Assembly (NCBI GenBank): GCA_965198225.1
Contig: CBDAOY010000009.1
Location: 576,001-640,000 of the forward strand
From: Terriglobia bacterium
GTDB lineage: Bacteria > Acidobacteriota > Terriglobia > 20CM-2-55-15
DNA length: 64,000 nt
Direction: 5' to 3'
Both the position numbers and the translations under genes were made by a program. The notes under the pieces are model-generated. The model was not told where the DNA came from, made no database searches, and was given only the letters and a program-made list of their open reading frames with translations. Numbering within the stretch: position 1 is the first letter of the stretch; each line of letters opens with the position of its first letter. Shown one piece after another: positions 63,899 to 64,000 of the stretch.

Positions 63899-64000
63899 GG
63901 GCCGCTGGTGCGGCCCGTTGCCCGTAAGCCGTAGGCCGTAGGCCGTTGGGGAAGGAGGACAAGTGACGAGTCGGAACCCGGGATCATGTTCCGCGGGTCT

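Overview
GC-rich bacterial DNA. The gene repertoire (Oar-type TonB receptors, carboxypeptidase-regulatory/TPR proteins) suggests Acidobacteriota, but this is inference. Layout: 1-11.3 kb is a chemosensory cluster preceded by a TonB receptor and a YfiR-like gene, with frameshifts in mcp, cheR and cheD and no cheB. 12-31 kb holds secreted enzymes, a vapBC module, two Oar-like receptors (one scrambled), tandem RnfD/NqrB-like Sel1 paralogs and a peptidase operon. 31-64 kb is mostly housekeeping or metabolic (acs, nth, garR, a PaoABC-like molybdoenzyme cluster, gdh, ispG, fumC) and includes a complete class IIC group II intron and an IS4 element. The ORF track misses two adjacent genes with in-frame TGA at redox-active positions: a TPVU peroxiredoxin and a UxxC PrdB/GrdB-like protein. 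Intergenic regions carry at least two families of inverted micro-repeat elements. All product calls come from motif recognition by eye; no database searches were run. No tRNA, rRNA or CRISPR array was seen.
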